A program made the translations under genes and the position numbers. The notes beneath the pieces were generated by a model. It made no database searches and was not told where the DNA came from. It saw only the letters and a program-made list of their open reading frames with translations. Shown in pieces: positions 37,987 through 38,141 of a DNA stretch of 38,141 nucleotides. Source of the stretch: Bigelowiella natans CCMP2755. Its lineage: Eukaryota; Protista; Cercozoa. The stretch is from NCBI GenBank assembly GCA_000320545.1, contig ADNK01000491.1, forward strand, positions 1 to 38,141, in the 5' to 3' direction. Positions within the stretch are counted from its first letter, which is position 1; the number at the start of each line of letters is the position of its first letter.

Positions 37987-38025
<39 letters not shown>

Positions 38026-38099
38026 ACGCATTATGAGCGGTCGGATTGATGCAACATACAAACATGATGTGGAGCTGTTTATTGTTACTACTACAACCG

Positions 38100-38130
<31 letters not shown>

Positions 38131-38141
38131 ATGCAACTGTG
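34558..38141 (-). CDS. Armadillo (ARM) repeat-containing protein; 5' end beyond the right edge
   Basis: Spliced exons read TRVIALVWIAISHLAWGSPAVQSSLATR, SMIQGLLRDLKHQDEELRYGALTALINLSYECPKVQELAHELALVQT, ILTELQKNKMSNKVACAAVFSLGNLLQNN and AGGAEIMLSQV, which show ARM-type A..AL.NL helices. They are followed by the helical exons within ORFs 35686-36087 and 34761-35588, and a last exon NPEVVHREMKPVF...TKNVNK* with its stop at 34558-34560. Confidence 0.75.
36676..36816. repeat. Compound intronic microsatellite (AT)n, (CT)n(GT)n
   Basis: Tandem arrays directly visible inside an intron of the ARM-repeat gene. Confidence 0.95.

Noticed and set aside
1-38141. tRNA, rRNA, CRISPR arrays, telomeric repeats, RT/transposase ORFs
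   Set aside because: No recognisable signatures by eye; the periodic sequences are simple SSRs without spacers. tRNAscan/Infernal were not run.

Overview
Eukaryotic, intron-rich, microsatellite-saturated genomic DNA. Most ORFs in the supplied track are artefacts of simple repeats, so the genes below were rebuilt by hand from GT/GC-AG exons with matching phases. In order: (1) a very large minus-strand multi-pass membrane protein gene (about 15555 to beyond the left edge) whose membrane domain matches the DEK1/TML-calpain family; (2) an unrecognised plus-strand gene ending at 18538; (3) a small minus-strand protein with an N-terminal leader and a C-terminal TM helix; (4) a prolyl-4-hydroxylase-like 2OG-Fe(II) oxygenase fold with a bipartite leader, in which both iron-binding histidines are replaced (probable pseudoenzyme); (5) a YAK1-type DYRK kinase with a long His/Gly/Ser-rich tail; (6) a Dcp2-type Nudix decapping enzyme with an unexpected N-terminal hydrophobic leader; (7) a possible small leader-bearing gene; (8) an ARM-repeat gene running off the right edge. 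The leaders (signal peptide plus transit-like peptide, no ASAFAP motif) suggest an alga with a complex plastid, most likely a chlorarachniophyte. That taxonomy is inference. No RNA genes, CRISPR arrays or recognisable transposons were found. Family comparisons are from memory, not from database searches.
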